Shown here piece by piece: positions 25,226 to 34,124 of a stretch of DNA of 37,430 nt; within the stretch, counting starts at the first letter, position 1; every line of letters starts with the position of its first letter. The position numbers and the translations under genes were made by a program. Source of the DNA: a virus (lineage: Duplodnaviria; Caudoviricetes); the IMG/VR virus record IMGVR_UViG_3300020044_002313, positions 1 to 37,430 of that record; one strand, 5' to 3'. The notes beneath the pieces are model-generated. The model did not search any database, was not told the DNA's origin, and saw nothing but the letters and a program-made list of their open reading frames with translations.

Positions 25226-26239
25226 ATGTCAAATGCTGAGCAGTCGCAGCCTAGCGAAATCAGCCTAGCAGAAGCCGCTGACCGTATTTCTGCAATGGAA
25301 GGCCCCCCGGCCCAAACCAGACCAGATCGAAGGCAGAGGGCTAATGCCGAAGTCGATCAGACAGAGGCGGCGCTTGATTATGCCGATGAGACGTCCGAGA
25401 CGGAGAACGAGGCAGCAGATGATTATTCATCTGAGTTCGAAGGCGAGGATGAGGCAGACTTAGGCGCGGACGACAATGGTGGCAAGGATAAACCTCTTGA
25501 TCCGAACCGGCTCGTAACCGTCAAAATCGACGGAAAGACAGTCGAGGTTCCGCTGAAGGAGGCTTTGGAAGGCTACCAAAGGCAGTCCGATTATTCACGC
25601 AACTTCAACCAGTTGAGACAGGAGAAACAGCAGCTAGAAACTGAGCGGAGCCAGATGCAACAGGCTCTCAGCGCGGCAATCCCGATCCTGCAATCGCAGA
25701 TCGAACAGGAACCGGACTGGGTGCGGATACATCAGGAAGACCCGATCAATTATCCTCTCATTCGCGATCAATGGAACGACCGAAAACACCAGCTTGCAAT
25801 GATGCAGCAGGAACAGGTTAGGCTCCAGATGGTCGAGCAAGAGCGGGAAATGGCTGCTAGACGGCAACTTGTAGAAGAGGGCCAGAAGTTTCTGGTTTCC
25901 ACCTTCAAGGAGTGGTCTGATCCAGAGAAAATGCAGGCTTCGACCAAGAACCTTCGGGAATACGGCCAAAAAGTAGGCTTTACCACTGAAGAATTGGCGC
26001 AGGTGTATGATCCTCGTTATGTCGTCATCCTCGAAAAGGCCAGACGATATGATGCGCTGAACGCTAACCGTCCTAAGCCGAAACAGGCGGAAGGACCAAG
26101 GCCGATGCGGGCAGGTTCCACAACGTCTAATCCCCAACGCGGTAATGATATGGCGCGAATGCAACAACGTCTCAAAGCATCAGGCAGCGTCAATGATGCC
26201 GCTGCTTTATTTGGTCTGATGGACTCAAGGAGAAGGTAA
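25226..26239 (+). CDS. Capsid scaffolding protein
   Basis: Acidic N-terminus, TVKIDG...EV.L.E...GYQRQ.DY motif, coiled coils; precedes the capsid gene. Confidence 0.88.
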   Translation: MSNAEQSQPSEISLAEAADRISAMEGPPAQTRPDRRQRANAEVDQTEAALDYADETSETENEAADDYSSEFEGEDEADLGADDNGGKDKPLDPNRLVTVKIDGKTVEVPLKEALEGYQRQSDYSRNFNQLRQEKQQLETERSQMQQALSAAIPILQSQIEQEPDWVRIHQEDPINYPLIRDQWNDRKHQLAMMQQEQVRLQMVEQEREMAARRQLVEEGQKFLVSTFKEWSDPEKMQASTKNLREYGQKVGFTTEELAQVYDPRYVVILEKARRYDALNANRPKPKQAEGPRPMRAGSTTSNPQRGNDMARMQQRLKASGSVNDAAALFGLMDSRRR

Positions 26240-26240
26240 C

Positions 26241-27224
26241 ATGGCATCTCTCAGCAAAGTCACCACCTACGACGCGGCTAACGAAATCCGCGAAGACCTC
26301 TCGAACATCATCTACGACATTTCGCCCGTAGATACGCCTTTCATGTCCAACATTGGGCGTGACACATGCAAGAACACCTACTTCGAGTGGCAGGTGGATG
26401 CGCTCGCTGCGGCCAGCACGGCTAATGCGGCTGTTGAAGGCGCGGCTGCTGGCAACGCTGACTTCACGGATACCGTCCGTGTCGCCAACTATACCCAGAT
26501 CAGCACCAAGGTGATCTCGGTCTCCGGCACCGACGATGCCGTGGACAACGCTGGTATGCGCACCCAGATGGCCTATCAGACCGCGAAGGCTTCCAAGGAG
26601 CTGAAGCGCGACATGGAAGCCATTATGACCAGCAACCAGGCTGGCGTGGCTGGTAACAGCTCGTCCACCGCCCGCAAGACTGCTGGTCTACCTACCTGGC
26701 TGATCACCAACTCGCAGGCCAATGCCGCGACTGTCTCGGCCATGTCTGGCTCGGGCGGCAACGGCTATCCCAGCACCGCCTGGACCGGCCTTTCCACCTC
26801 GACGGACGTGGCTCTGACCGAAACCATGCTCAAGACTGCCATCCAGCAGGTCTGGGAGCAGGGTGGCGACGCCAAGATGTTCATGGTGAACGCCTACAAC
26901 AAGACTGTGGCGTCTGCCTTTGCTGGTCTTTCCCAGCAGCGCCAGATGAACACTGGTGTTGCTCCGCTCAAGATAATCGCGACGGCTGATATTTATTTGG
27001 GGGATTTTGGTGAGGTATCCATTGTCCCAAATCGCTTCCAGCCTGCGAACTTTGCGTTCGTTCTGGACCCTGAGTATATCAGCGTGGCGTACCTGCGTCC
27101 GTTCCAGACCTTCGACATCGCCAAGACCGGCGACTTTGACAAGAAGGAAATGGTGGTTGAGTACGGTCTCCGCATGAAGTCTGAAAAGGCCAACGCGGTG
27201 ATTGCTAACCTCATTCCTTCCTGA
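26241..27224 (+). CDS. Major capsid protein (DUF5309/SU10-like)
   Basis: REDLSNIIYDISP.DTPF, EWQ.D.L, NYTQI, ELKRDME, DFG, AKTGD; strongly biased codons. Confidence 0.92.
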   Translation: MASLSKVTTYDAANEIREDLSNIIYDISPVDTPFMSNIGRDTCKNTYFEWQVDALAAASTANAAVEGAAAGNADFTDTVRVANYTQISTKVISVSGTDDAVDNAGMRTQMAYQTAKASKELKRDMEAIMTSNQAGVAGNSSSTARKTAGLPTWLITNSQANAATVSAMSGSGGNGYPSTAWTGLSTSTDVALTETMLKTAIQQVWEQGGDAKMFMVNAYNKTVASAFAGLSQQRQMNTGVAPLKIIATADIYLGDFGEVSIVPNRFQPANFAFVLDPEYISVAYLRPFQTFDIAKTGDFDKKEMVVEYGLRMKSEKANAVIANLIPS

Positions 27225-27231
27225 CAATAAA

Positions 27232-27265
27232 GGGAGCCGGGTTAACCCCCGGCTCCTACCTTTCT
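27232..27265 (+). terminator. Probable terminator/attenuator after the capsid gene
   Basis: GGAGCCGGG/CCCGGCTCC stem followed by TACCTTTCT. Confidence 0.65.
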
Positions 27266-27276
27266 GGGAGAGACTG

Positions 27277-27606
27277 ATGGCTGAGAACTTCGCGCCAGGA
27301 TCATTCGATCTGGCCTATGATTCGCTCACTGGCACACGCCAGCAGATGCACTTCACAACAGATAACAAGATCGTCCTCGAAACCACGGTCGAGATCGACC
27401 AGATTGCCGAGCAAAACAAGGCAATCAGGAACGAGATCAGCAGGACGGACAAGCTTCCTGATGGGATGGTTAAGGTCGCATCAATTCCAATGGTCCTCTA
27501 TATGGATCTAAAGCAACGTGGTATCCTTGGGGACAAGACCGCACTGCGGAAATGGCTGGCGACAGATGAGGCCGCTCCGTACAGAACGCACTGGATGACG
27601 AGCTAA
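27277..27606 (+). CDS. Conserved hypothetical protein after the capsid gene
   Basis: ATG 27277 with SD GGGAG; KVASIP...KWL motif. Confidence 0.75.
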   Translation: MAENFAPGSFDLAYDSLTGTRQQMHFTTDNKIVLETTVEIDQIAEQNKAIRNEISRTDKLPDGMVKVASIPMVLYMDLKQRGILGDKTALRKWLATDEAAPYRTHWMTS

Positions 27607-28226
27607 TGGGCACAATCACAAACTACGCCACGTTGCAGTCAGCCATTGCTGACTATCTGAACCGTGCTGATCTAACGTCTCAGATCCAGACCTTCATACA
27701 GTTTGCCGAGGCTGATCTGAACACCAGGCTGCGCAGCCGGGAGATGATCGTCAACGCAACGGCTACCAGCGACGGGCAGTTTGTGGCGCTTCCTCCTGAT
27801 TGGCTAGAAGCCATCAACATGATGATTGTTGGCGGTCAAAGCCCCCTGCGCTACATCACGCCTGATGAGGCTGATACAATCATCAAGGCGCAGACCTACA
27901 CCAGCACCAGGTTCTACTCGATGACCACTGGCATCATCGAACTGGTTCCGCCTGCCGTGGACGATATAACCATCGACATGGTCTATTATGGTAAGATCCC
28001 TGCATTATCGACCGCCAACACAACAAACTGGCTGCTGACCAAGGCTCCTGATGTTTACCTCTATGGCGCCCTAACCCATGCAGCGCCATTCCTGATGGAC
28101 GATCAGAGGATGGGTGTCTTTAGTCAGATTTATCTGGCTCGCGTTCAGTCATTGCAGGATGAATCACAGAAAGCACTGCATAGCGGATCGCCGCTTATCT
28201 CTCGGCCACGCGGCGTCTACGGTTAA
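27606..28226 (+). CDS. Head-tail adaptor protein
   Basis: TNY..LQ.AIADYLNR.DL...I..FI..AE..LN..LR; NWLL..APD.YLYG.L. Confidence 0.8.
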   Translation: MGTITNYATLQSAIADYLNRADLTSQIQTFIQFAEADLNTRLRSREMIVNATATSDGQFVALPPDWLEAINMMIVGGQSPLRYITPDEADTIIKAQTYTSTRFYSMTTGIIELVPPAVDDITIDMVYYGKIPALSTANTTNWLLTKAPDVYLYGALTHAAPFLMDDQRMGVFSQIYLARVQSLQDESQKALHSGSPLISRPRGVYG

Positions 28227-28235
28227 GGAGCTATC

Positions 28236-28664
28236 ATGTCCAAATCAAATGCCTTCGAAAACTCGCTGCTGAAGCTGATCTTCAACGCGACAGCCATCGC
28301 CAATCTGGCGGACAATGCAGCGTCTTCACCGCTGACCAATCTCTATGTGTCGCTCCACACGGCAGATCCTGGTGAGGCGGGTGACCAGTCCACCAGTGAA
28401 GCCACTTACACCAGCTATGCTCGCGTGGCGGTTCTTCGTACATCTGGCGGCTGGACGGTGACGAACAACAGCGTTTCGCCGGTTGCGAACATCGACTTTC
28501 CCAACTGCACAGGCGGCACCAACACGATCACCTATTTCGGCGTTGGGACGGCATCGAGCGGCGCTGGCGTCCTATATTACAGCGGCACGGTCAGCCCCAG
28601 CATCTCTGTCAGTTCTGGCGTGACGCCTCGTCTGACGACTGCATCGACGATCACTGAGGACTAA
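28236..28664 (+). CDS. Tail structural/fibre-associated protein
   Basis: LYVSLHTADPGE....E..Y.SYAR.AV motif. Confidence 0.75.
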   Translation: MSKSNAFENSLLKLIFNATAIANLADNAASSPLTNLYVSLHTADPGEAGDQSTSEATYTSYARVAVLRTSGGWTVTNNSVSPVANIDFPNCTGGTNTITYFGVGTASSGAGVLYYSGTVSPSISVSSGVTPRLTTASTITED

Positions 28665-28669
28665 AGCCA

Positions 28670-30256
28670 ATGGCATTTGTAACCGCAGATCGTGTTCGAG
28701 ACACATCGACCACGGCTGGTTCTGGCGCGTTCTCAGTGTCTGGGACAGCGCCAACCGGATACCGGACATTTTCTGCGGTTCTGTCTGTCAGCGACACCTT
28801 TTACTATTCGATCCAGCATCAAACGCTGAACGAGTGGGAAGTAGGACTTGGAACCTACTCGTCTGCAAACACGTTCTCGCGGACAACCATCTATTCGTCA
28901 TCCAATGCAGGTTCTGCCGTCACCTTCTCGGCAGGGACCAAGGATGTTTTCATTACGATGGCTGCTGCGCGGTCTCCGCAGTTAAACGCATCAGGCAATG
29001 TGACGGCTCTAGGAACCCCAGTTTCTGCAACTTTGACAAATGCTACTGGGCTCCCGCTGACAACAGGTGTCACTGGAGTTTTACCATTTGCTAATGGCGG
29101 ATCGTTGGCATGGCAGTCTGTGCAGACCGGCAACTTCACGGCTGTGGCAGGGAATGCTTATCCGGTCAACACAACATCTGGTGCGGTGACTGTGACGTTG
29201 CCTGCGAGCCCGTCTGCGGGCAACATCGTGCAGTTGACGGACTATGCTGGCACATTCAAAACCAATGTCTGCACTATTAACCCAAATGGCGGAAAGATTG
29301 CTTCGTCAACGGCTAACGTGATCCTGACGCTCAACAGATCCAGCTATGCATTTGTTTACATTGATTCCACGCAAGGTTGGATTGCATATTCCGGTCTCAC
29401 GACTAGCCCACTGACATATACGGTGGCTTATCTAGTTGCAGCCGGCGGCGCTGGTGGCGGTGGTAGCGCGGTAAATGGCGGCGGCGCTGGTGGCGGCGGT
29501 GCGGGCGGATTGCTGGCAAACAATGTCTCGTTAAACCCCGGAATCGTTTACACTGTTATCGTTGGCGCTGGCGGCACAGGCGGCGCTGGGGCTTCTGTGC
29601 CAACAAACGGCGTTGCATCGTCAATTTCTGGCTCAACTATATCTACCATCAGCACTACTGGCGGCGGATATGGTGGCTATTGGCCAAACAATGCTGTTTC
29701 TTCAGCCGCCGCATCCGGCGGCTCTGGAGGAGGCGCGGCGGGCACAGCCAGTGGCACTGCAACAGGTGCTGCTGGAACATCAGGCCAAGGGTTCAAAGGC
29801 GGCGACTCTACTGCTCTTTCCTCAGGCGGCACATCTGGCGGCGGTGGCGGGTCTAGTGCTGTTGGGCAAAACGCTGTTTCGTCCGGTGTTGCTGGCGCTG
29901 GCGGCGCTGGAACTGCGTCATCCATCACAGGCTCTTCAATTACTTACGCTGGCGGCGGTGGTGGTGGAATGTACACTGGTGGTACATCTGGCGCTGGTGG
30001 AAGTGGTGGTGGCGGCGCTGGCAGAACAGGCGGCGGCACAGCAACTGCTGGCACGGCTAACACGGGCGGCGGCGGTGGTGGGTGCGGCGCAACAGCGGTA
30101 GCAACAGGCACTGGTGGTGCAGGTGGCTCCGGCGTTATTATTTTATCGGTTCCAACCATTAACTACAGCGGAATTGTCACGGGCTCACCAACTATAACCA
30201 CAAGTGGGGCTAACACAATTTTGACGTTTACATCTTCAGGGAGCTACACGGCATGA
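28670..30256 (+). CDS. Tail fibre with C-terminal glycine-rich domain
   Basis: ADRVRDTSTT.G.G N-terminus; VNTTSGAVTVTLPASP domain; YLVAAGGAGGG...YAGGGGG...GGSGVII. Confidence 0.82.
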   Translation: MAFVTADRVRDTSTTAGSGAFSVSGTAPTGYRTFSAVLSVSDTFYYSIQHQTLNEWEVGLGTYSSANTFSRTTIYSSSNAGSAVTFSAGTKDVFITMAAARSPQLNASGNVTALGTPVSATLTNATGLPLTTGVTGVLPFANGGSLAWQSVQTGNFTAVAGNAYPVNTTSGAVTVTLPASPSAGNIVQLTDYAGTFKTNVCTINPNGGKIASSTANVILTLNRSSYAFVYIDSTQGWIAYSGLTTSPLTYTVAYLVAAGGAGGGGSAVNGGGAGGGGAGGLLANNVSLNPGIVYTVIVGAGGTGGAGASVPTNGVASSISGSTISTISTTGGGYGGYWPNNAVSSAAASGGSGGGAAGTASGTATGAAGTSGQGFKGGDSTALSSGGTSGGGGGSSAVGQNAVSSGVAGAGGAGTASSITGSSITYAGGGGGGMYTGGTSGAGGSGGGGAGRTGGGTATAGTANTGGGGGGCGATAVATGTGGAGGSGVIILSVPTINYSGIVTGSPTITTSGANTILTFTSSGSYTA

Positions 30257-30621
30257 CACACTTCGCGAAGTGCCTAGACGGTAAAGTCATTCAGGTCATC
30301 GTTGCTGAACCGGAGTTCTTCGATACGTTCGTGGACTCGTCGCCGGGCCAGTGGCTTCAGACCAGCTACAACACCCGTGGCGGGGTCCATTACGAGCCAG
30401 ATGGTGAGCCTGATGGTGGCGTTGCTCTCCGGGGCAACTACGCTGGGATTGGCTACACCTACGACGCTGTGAACGATGTGTTCTACGCGCCGCAGCCATT
30501 TGCCAGTTGGGTTCTGAACCAGACTACATGGCTCTGGGACGCGCCAGTGGCGTATCCTGATGACAATCAGCGGTACGTCTGGGATGAAGCTACGACAAGT
30601 TGGGTGATCGCAACTGAATGA
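30253..30621 (+). CDS. Companion protein of the glycine-rich fibre
   Basis: HFAK...V.QVIV, WLQTSYN, RGNYAGIGYTYD, PQPF.SW; coupled start. Confidence 0.75.
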   Translation: MTHFAKCLDGKVIQVIVAEPEFFDTFVDSSPGQWLQTSYNTRGGVHYEPDGEPDGGVALRGNYAGIGYTYDAVNDVFYAPQPFASWVLNQTTWLWDAPVAYPDDNQRYVWDEATTSWVIATE

Positions 30622-30651
30622 AAAACCCCGGTCAGACCGAACTGACCGGGG
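30621..30651 (-). terminator. Intrinsic terminator on the minus strand
   Basis: Minus strand reads CCCCGGTCAG-TTCGGT-CTGACCGGGG-TTTTT. Confidence 0.75.
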
Positions 30652-30741
30652 CAAGTCTCGAACAAATCACTGAAGGATCTAGGCGCACAAGCGGCTACGC
30701 GAAACCATTCGCCGAATGTAGACCAAGGACCATTCCTTGAC
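30621..30741 (-). ncRNA. Putative ~120-nt small RNA
   Basis: Minus-strand TTGACA-N16-GACATT upstream, 5' hairpin CAAGGA/TCCTTG, terminator at the 3' end, no convincing ORF. Confidence 0.5.
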
Positions 30742-30780
30742 GCATCTAATGTCGCATGGTCTTCGATGGTGTCAATCGTT

Positions 30781-30809
30781 TTGACCGAGAAGCCCACACA
30801 ATGTAGAAT
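30781..30809 (+). promoter_or_regulatory. Sigma70-like promoter for the lysis cassette
   Basis: TTGACC-N17-TAGAAT. Confidence 0.7.
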
Positions 30810-30835
30810 TCAATGGTGCAACTCGGGGCATAGAG

Positions 30836-31081
30836 ATGGACACGCAGACGTTAATCAACTTTGCCTTGGGATCATTGCTTGCCTTGATAGGATGGCTTGC
30901 GCGGCAACTCTGGGAAGCAGTTGAGCGTCTGAAATCAGACTTGCACCAGATCGAGGTGGATCTTCCAAGCCGTTATGTCCGGCGTGAAGAGTTCTCCGAA
31001 TCATTGAAAGAGATCAAAGACCTTTGCAGGCAGATTTTTGACAAGGTAGACAGCCTAGAGAAGCGGAAGGCGGACAAATGA
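30836..31081 (+). CDS. Small membrane protein (one N-terminal TM plus coiled coil), holin/antiholin-like
   Basis: LINFALGSLLALIGWLA; first gene of the lysis cassette. Confidence 0.65.
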   Translation: MDTQTLINFALGSLLALIGWLARQLWEAVERLKSDLHQIEVDLPSRYVRREEFSESLKEIKDLCRQIFDKVDSLEKRKADK

Positions 31082-31551
31082 GCACCACGGAAGAGAAACA
31101 GGAGAAGTTTGCTATTGAGATGGCGGCAAGCGCCAGCAAGGGCGCGTTGGTCGAGAAAATCACCTTTGCCGGTATCCCCATCCTGTTCTCCTGCGTAGTC
31201 TATCTGATGAGTGCGCTTTCCTCCGCCAACAATGAGATCATTCAACTAAAGTCCAAGGTTGCGGTGGTTGTAAACGCTGATAACAAGGCCATCCCTCCGC
31301 AGGGGACGACCATCGACATGGCGCAGATCCGCGAAAACCTAAGCGAGCAAATCTCCAAGGTTGAGAAAGAGAGTGCCCTGGCCCGCGCTGCTATGACGCT
31401 CGACCGTGAACGCTCGATGGCGGCTATCGAGAAGAGCCGCATGGACATGGTGGCAGATGCCGCTGCTGCGCGTGCCGCCATCCGGTTTGACACAGCACAA
31501 CTGATCGCAGCGCTTGATAAGCGCATCACCCTGCTAGAAAAGGGTAGATGA
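31078..31551 (+). CDS. Membrane-anchored coiled-coil protein
   Basis: TM segment ITFAGIPILFSCVVYLM; heptads. Confidence 0.65.
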   Translation: MSTTEEKQEKFAIEMAASASKGALVEKITFAGIPILFSCVVYLMSALSSANNEIIQLKSKVAVVVNADNKAIPPQGTTIDMAQIRENLSEQISKVEKESALARAAMTLDRERSMAAIEKSRMDMVADAAAARAAIRFDTAQLIAALDKRITLLEKGR

Positions 31552-32015
31552 TGGACCCACTTACCCTCCTAGCAGCAGCCAAGGTCAGCTATGAAGCCAT
31601 CAAGGCTGGCATAGCTGTTGGCAAAGAACTGCAAGGGATGGCGAAGGATCTTGGATCGCTGTTCGATAGCATTGCGGCCATCACTCGTGCCGCTGCTGAT
31701 CCAAAGGGAAGCATAATTGCAGGCAAGTCTGCCCAGCAGATTGCGATGGAAGCCTATGCCGCCAAGGCAGAGGCTGATGCAATGATGGAAGACTTGAAAA
31801 ATCACTTCATTGGAGAGTTTGGAATAGCAGCCTGGGATCAGGTGCTGTCACACACAACACAGATCAAGAAAGATATAAAGGCTGCGGCTCTTGAGGCCCA
31901 GAAGCAACAGGAAGAACTGGCGCAGACCATCATGACATGGGGCGCAGTGTTCTTGTCCATCGTTTTGGTCATTGTGTGCATAGTTCTAATCGCAATCGGT
32001 CTTGTCAGCAGATAG
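31548..32015 (+). CDS. Helical protein with C-terminal TM segment
   Basis: MDPLTLLAAA N-terminus; WGAVFLSIVLVIVCIVLIAIGLV. Confidence 0.65.
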   Translation: MMDPLTLLAAAKVSYEAIKAGIAVGKELQGMAKDLGSLFDSIAAITRAAADPKGSIIAGKSAQQIAMEAYAAKAEADAMMEDLKNHFIGEFGIAAWDQVLSHTTQIKKDIKAAALEAQKQQEELAQTIMTWGAVFLSIVLVIVCIVLIAIGLVSR

Positions 32016-32024
32016 GGGCATCGG

Positions 32025-32549
32025 ATGAACTTGCTTGAAAGCTTTGGGCCTTTGCTTGGTCAGCTTGCTCCTACCATTGCCACAGCGCTGGGAGGCCCGC
32101 TGGCAGGGGTTGCTGTGAAGACCCTATCCAATGCTCTATTCGGCCATGAAAACGCCTCAGAAGACCAGATTTCCGAGGCTATGGCGTCTGCAACGCCAGA
32201 TCAGCTTGCGGCAATCAAGAAGATAGATGCTGATTTCAAGGTGCAGATGAAATCGCTCGACATTGATCTGGAGCGCATCTCGGCGGGTGATCGAGACAGC
32301 GCCAGGCAGATGCAGCGCGAGACAAAGGATTGGGTTCCGAAAGTTCTCGCCATTGTCATCACACTGGGCTTCTTTGGCATCCTGATCTGGATGCTGCTCA
32401 ATGGGATGCCAAAGACAGGCACCGAGGCGCTCCTGATGATGCTTGGCGCTCTTGGAACAGCATGGACTGGCGTGATCAACTTCTATTATGGGTCATCGGC
32501 TGGATCAAAAGCCAAGACAGATGCAATGACTGCTAAAGGTGACAAATGA
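32025..32549 (+). CDS. Putative holin (GTA 3TM-like)
   Basis: APTIATALGGPLAG, DRDSAR, two TM segments, FYYGSS; directly before the endolysin. Confidence 0.75.
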   Translation: MNLLESFGPLLGQLAPTIATALGGPLAGVAVKTLSNALFGHENASEDQISEAMASATPDQLAAIKKIDADFKVQMKSLDIDLERISAGDRDSARQMQRETKDWVPKVLAIVITLGFFGILIWMLLNGMPKTGTEALLMMLGALGTAWTGVINFYYGSSAGSKAKTDAMTAKGDK

Positions 32550-33064
32550 GAGAGAATTGGGATGAATGCTTCGAGATGGTCCTGAAGCACGAAGGTGGCT
32601 ACGTCAACGATCCTCGTGATCCTGGAGGCCGCACGAACCTGGGTGTTACCCAGAGAGCTTGGGAAGCCTACTGGAACCGCAAATCTTCTGAAGATGAGAT
32701 GCGGAAACTGACGCCAAACATCGTCAAGCCGTTCTACAAGGCTATGTATTGGGACAAGATCAGGGGCGATGACCTGCCGTCTGGGGTGGACTACGCGGCC
32801 TTCGATCTGGCGGTGAACTCAGGAGTTGGTAGAGCCGCAAAATACCTACAGCAGATTGCCGGGGTGACGGCGGATGGCGTGATCGGGCCTAAATCGCTGG
32901 AGGCCATTAAGGTTTGCGACCCCAAGGAAACAGCGGATGCAATCTGCGACATGCGGATGGACTTCCTGAGACGCCTGCCAACATTTGAGACATATGGCAA
33001 AGGATGGAGCCGCAGGGTGGCGGAGGTTAGCGTCAAGTCTGCGGAAATGGTACAATCTGGCTGA
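32546..33064 (+). CDS. Endolysin, glycoside hydrolase family 108 with peptidoglycan-binding domain
   Basis: HEGGYVNDPRDPGG.TN.GVT, FD.AVNSG, DG.IGP, GW.RR. Confidence 0.93.
   Translation: MRENWDECFEMVLKHEGGYVNDPRDPGGRTNLGVTQRAWEAYWNRKSSEDEMRKLTPNIVKPFYKAMYWDKIRGDDLPSGVDYAAFDLAVNSGVGRAAKYLQQIAGVTADGVIGPKSLEAIKVCDPKETADAICDMRMDFLRRLPTFETYGKGWSRRVAEVSVKSAEMVQSG
33048..33056 (+). promoter_or_regulatory. Possible extended -10 promoter for the second tail module
   Basis: TGgTACAAT 26 bp upstream of the 33083 start; weak -35. Confidence 0.35.
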
Positions 33065-33082
33065 ACAGATCAGGTGATCTAA

Positions 33083-34114
33083 ATGGCTGACTTCGGCATT
33101 GCAGCATTACCTATTGCCGCCTTTCCCATATCTGGATCGGCGCAGCAGGCGGCTGCGGCTGAGTCCGTTGGAACAGCCACAGGGACATCGACGGCAGCGG
33201 CGGTTAGCGAAGTCATCGCGTCTGGCGTTGCATCTGCCGCAGGAACTTCGACAGCATCAGCAACCAGTGAAATCATTGCGTCTGGCGTTGGTTCTGCGGT
33301 TGGGACATCGACAGTTCAGGCGGTTAGCACCCAGATATTCGAAGCAGTTGGGTCTGCGGCTGGAACCTCAACGGCGGATGCCGCCGGGACTTCTGTTGCG
33401 GCATCTGTAGGGTCTGCGGCTGGAACATCAACTGTCCAGTCGGTTGCAGCCCCGATTGCTGCATCTGTTGGATCGGCGGCAGGGACATCGACTGTTCAGG
33501 CGGTTGCGGCTCCAATTGCGGCGGCGGTTGGATCTGCGGCAGGAACATCAACTGCCCAGGCTGTTGATATTGCAATCGCATCGGCGGCTGGGTCAGCCAT
33601 TGGAACATCAACGGTCCAGGCGGTTGGCGCTCTTATCTTCCAGGCTGTTGGGTCAGCTACCGGGACATCAACGGCAGCGGCAAACAGCAACACAATCATC
33701 GTGGCTGTTGGGTCTGCCGCAGGGACATCGACGGCATCGGCAGTCGGCGACGGGATTAACTTTGTCACCGGCGTTGGCTCGGCAGCAGGCACCAGCACGG
33801 CATCCGGCGTCCTTGCAGCCACCGCCATCATGGTTGGCTCGGCAGCAGGAACCAGCACGGCGGAAGGCGTTCTGCGGGCAACTGCGGCAGCGGCTGGATC
33901 AGCGGCAGGAACTTGTGTAGTATCGGCAGAAGGAAAAGACATTGGCTGGCATCCTCTGCCAACGCCGGTCAGCGCTTGGGATGATATAACCCCGCCGACC
34001 GATACTTGGGGAGCTGTTACGCCACCCGTCAGCACTTGGAACAATATTAGCCCGCCTGCCAATAGCTGGAACGATATACCTAAACCAAACAACACATGGC
34101 AGAAGGCTGCGTAG
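33083..34114 (+). CDS. Repeat-rich structural (fibre-like) protein
   Basis: About 13 x 20-aa repeats with GSAAGTST core; five 10-aa Trp repeats at the C-terminus. Confidence 0.75.
   Translation: MADFGIAALPIAAFPISGSAQQAAAAESVGTATGTSTAAAVSEVIASGVASAAGTSTASATSEIIASGVGSAVGTSTVQAVSTQIFEAVGSAAGTSTADAAGTSVAASVGSAAGTSTVQSVAAPIAASVGSAAGTSTVQAVAAPIAAAVGSAAGTSTAQAVDIAIASAAGSAIGTSTVQAVGALIFQAVGSATGTSTAAANSNTIIVAVGSAAGTSTASAVGDGINFVTGVGSAAGTSTASGVLAATAIMVGSAAGTSTAEGVLRATAAAAGSAAGTCVVSAEGKDIGWHPLPTPVSAWDDITPPTDTWGAVTPPVSTWNNISPPANSWNDIPKPNNTWQKAA
33160..33930. repeat. Degenerate 60-bp coding tandem repeat
   Basis: GGRACATCRAC recurs with a 60-bp period. Confidence 0.9.
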
Positions 34115-34124
34115 GAGCTAACCG

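Noticed and set aside
27202-27276. Capsid frameshift or readthrough into ORF 27202..27606
   Set aside because: No clear slippery heptamer; the downstream gene has its own SD and ATG at 27277
30567-30797. 76-aa minus-strand ORF over the putative sRNA
   Set aside because: Starts upstream of the minus-strand promoter, runs through the terminator and has no SD
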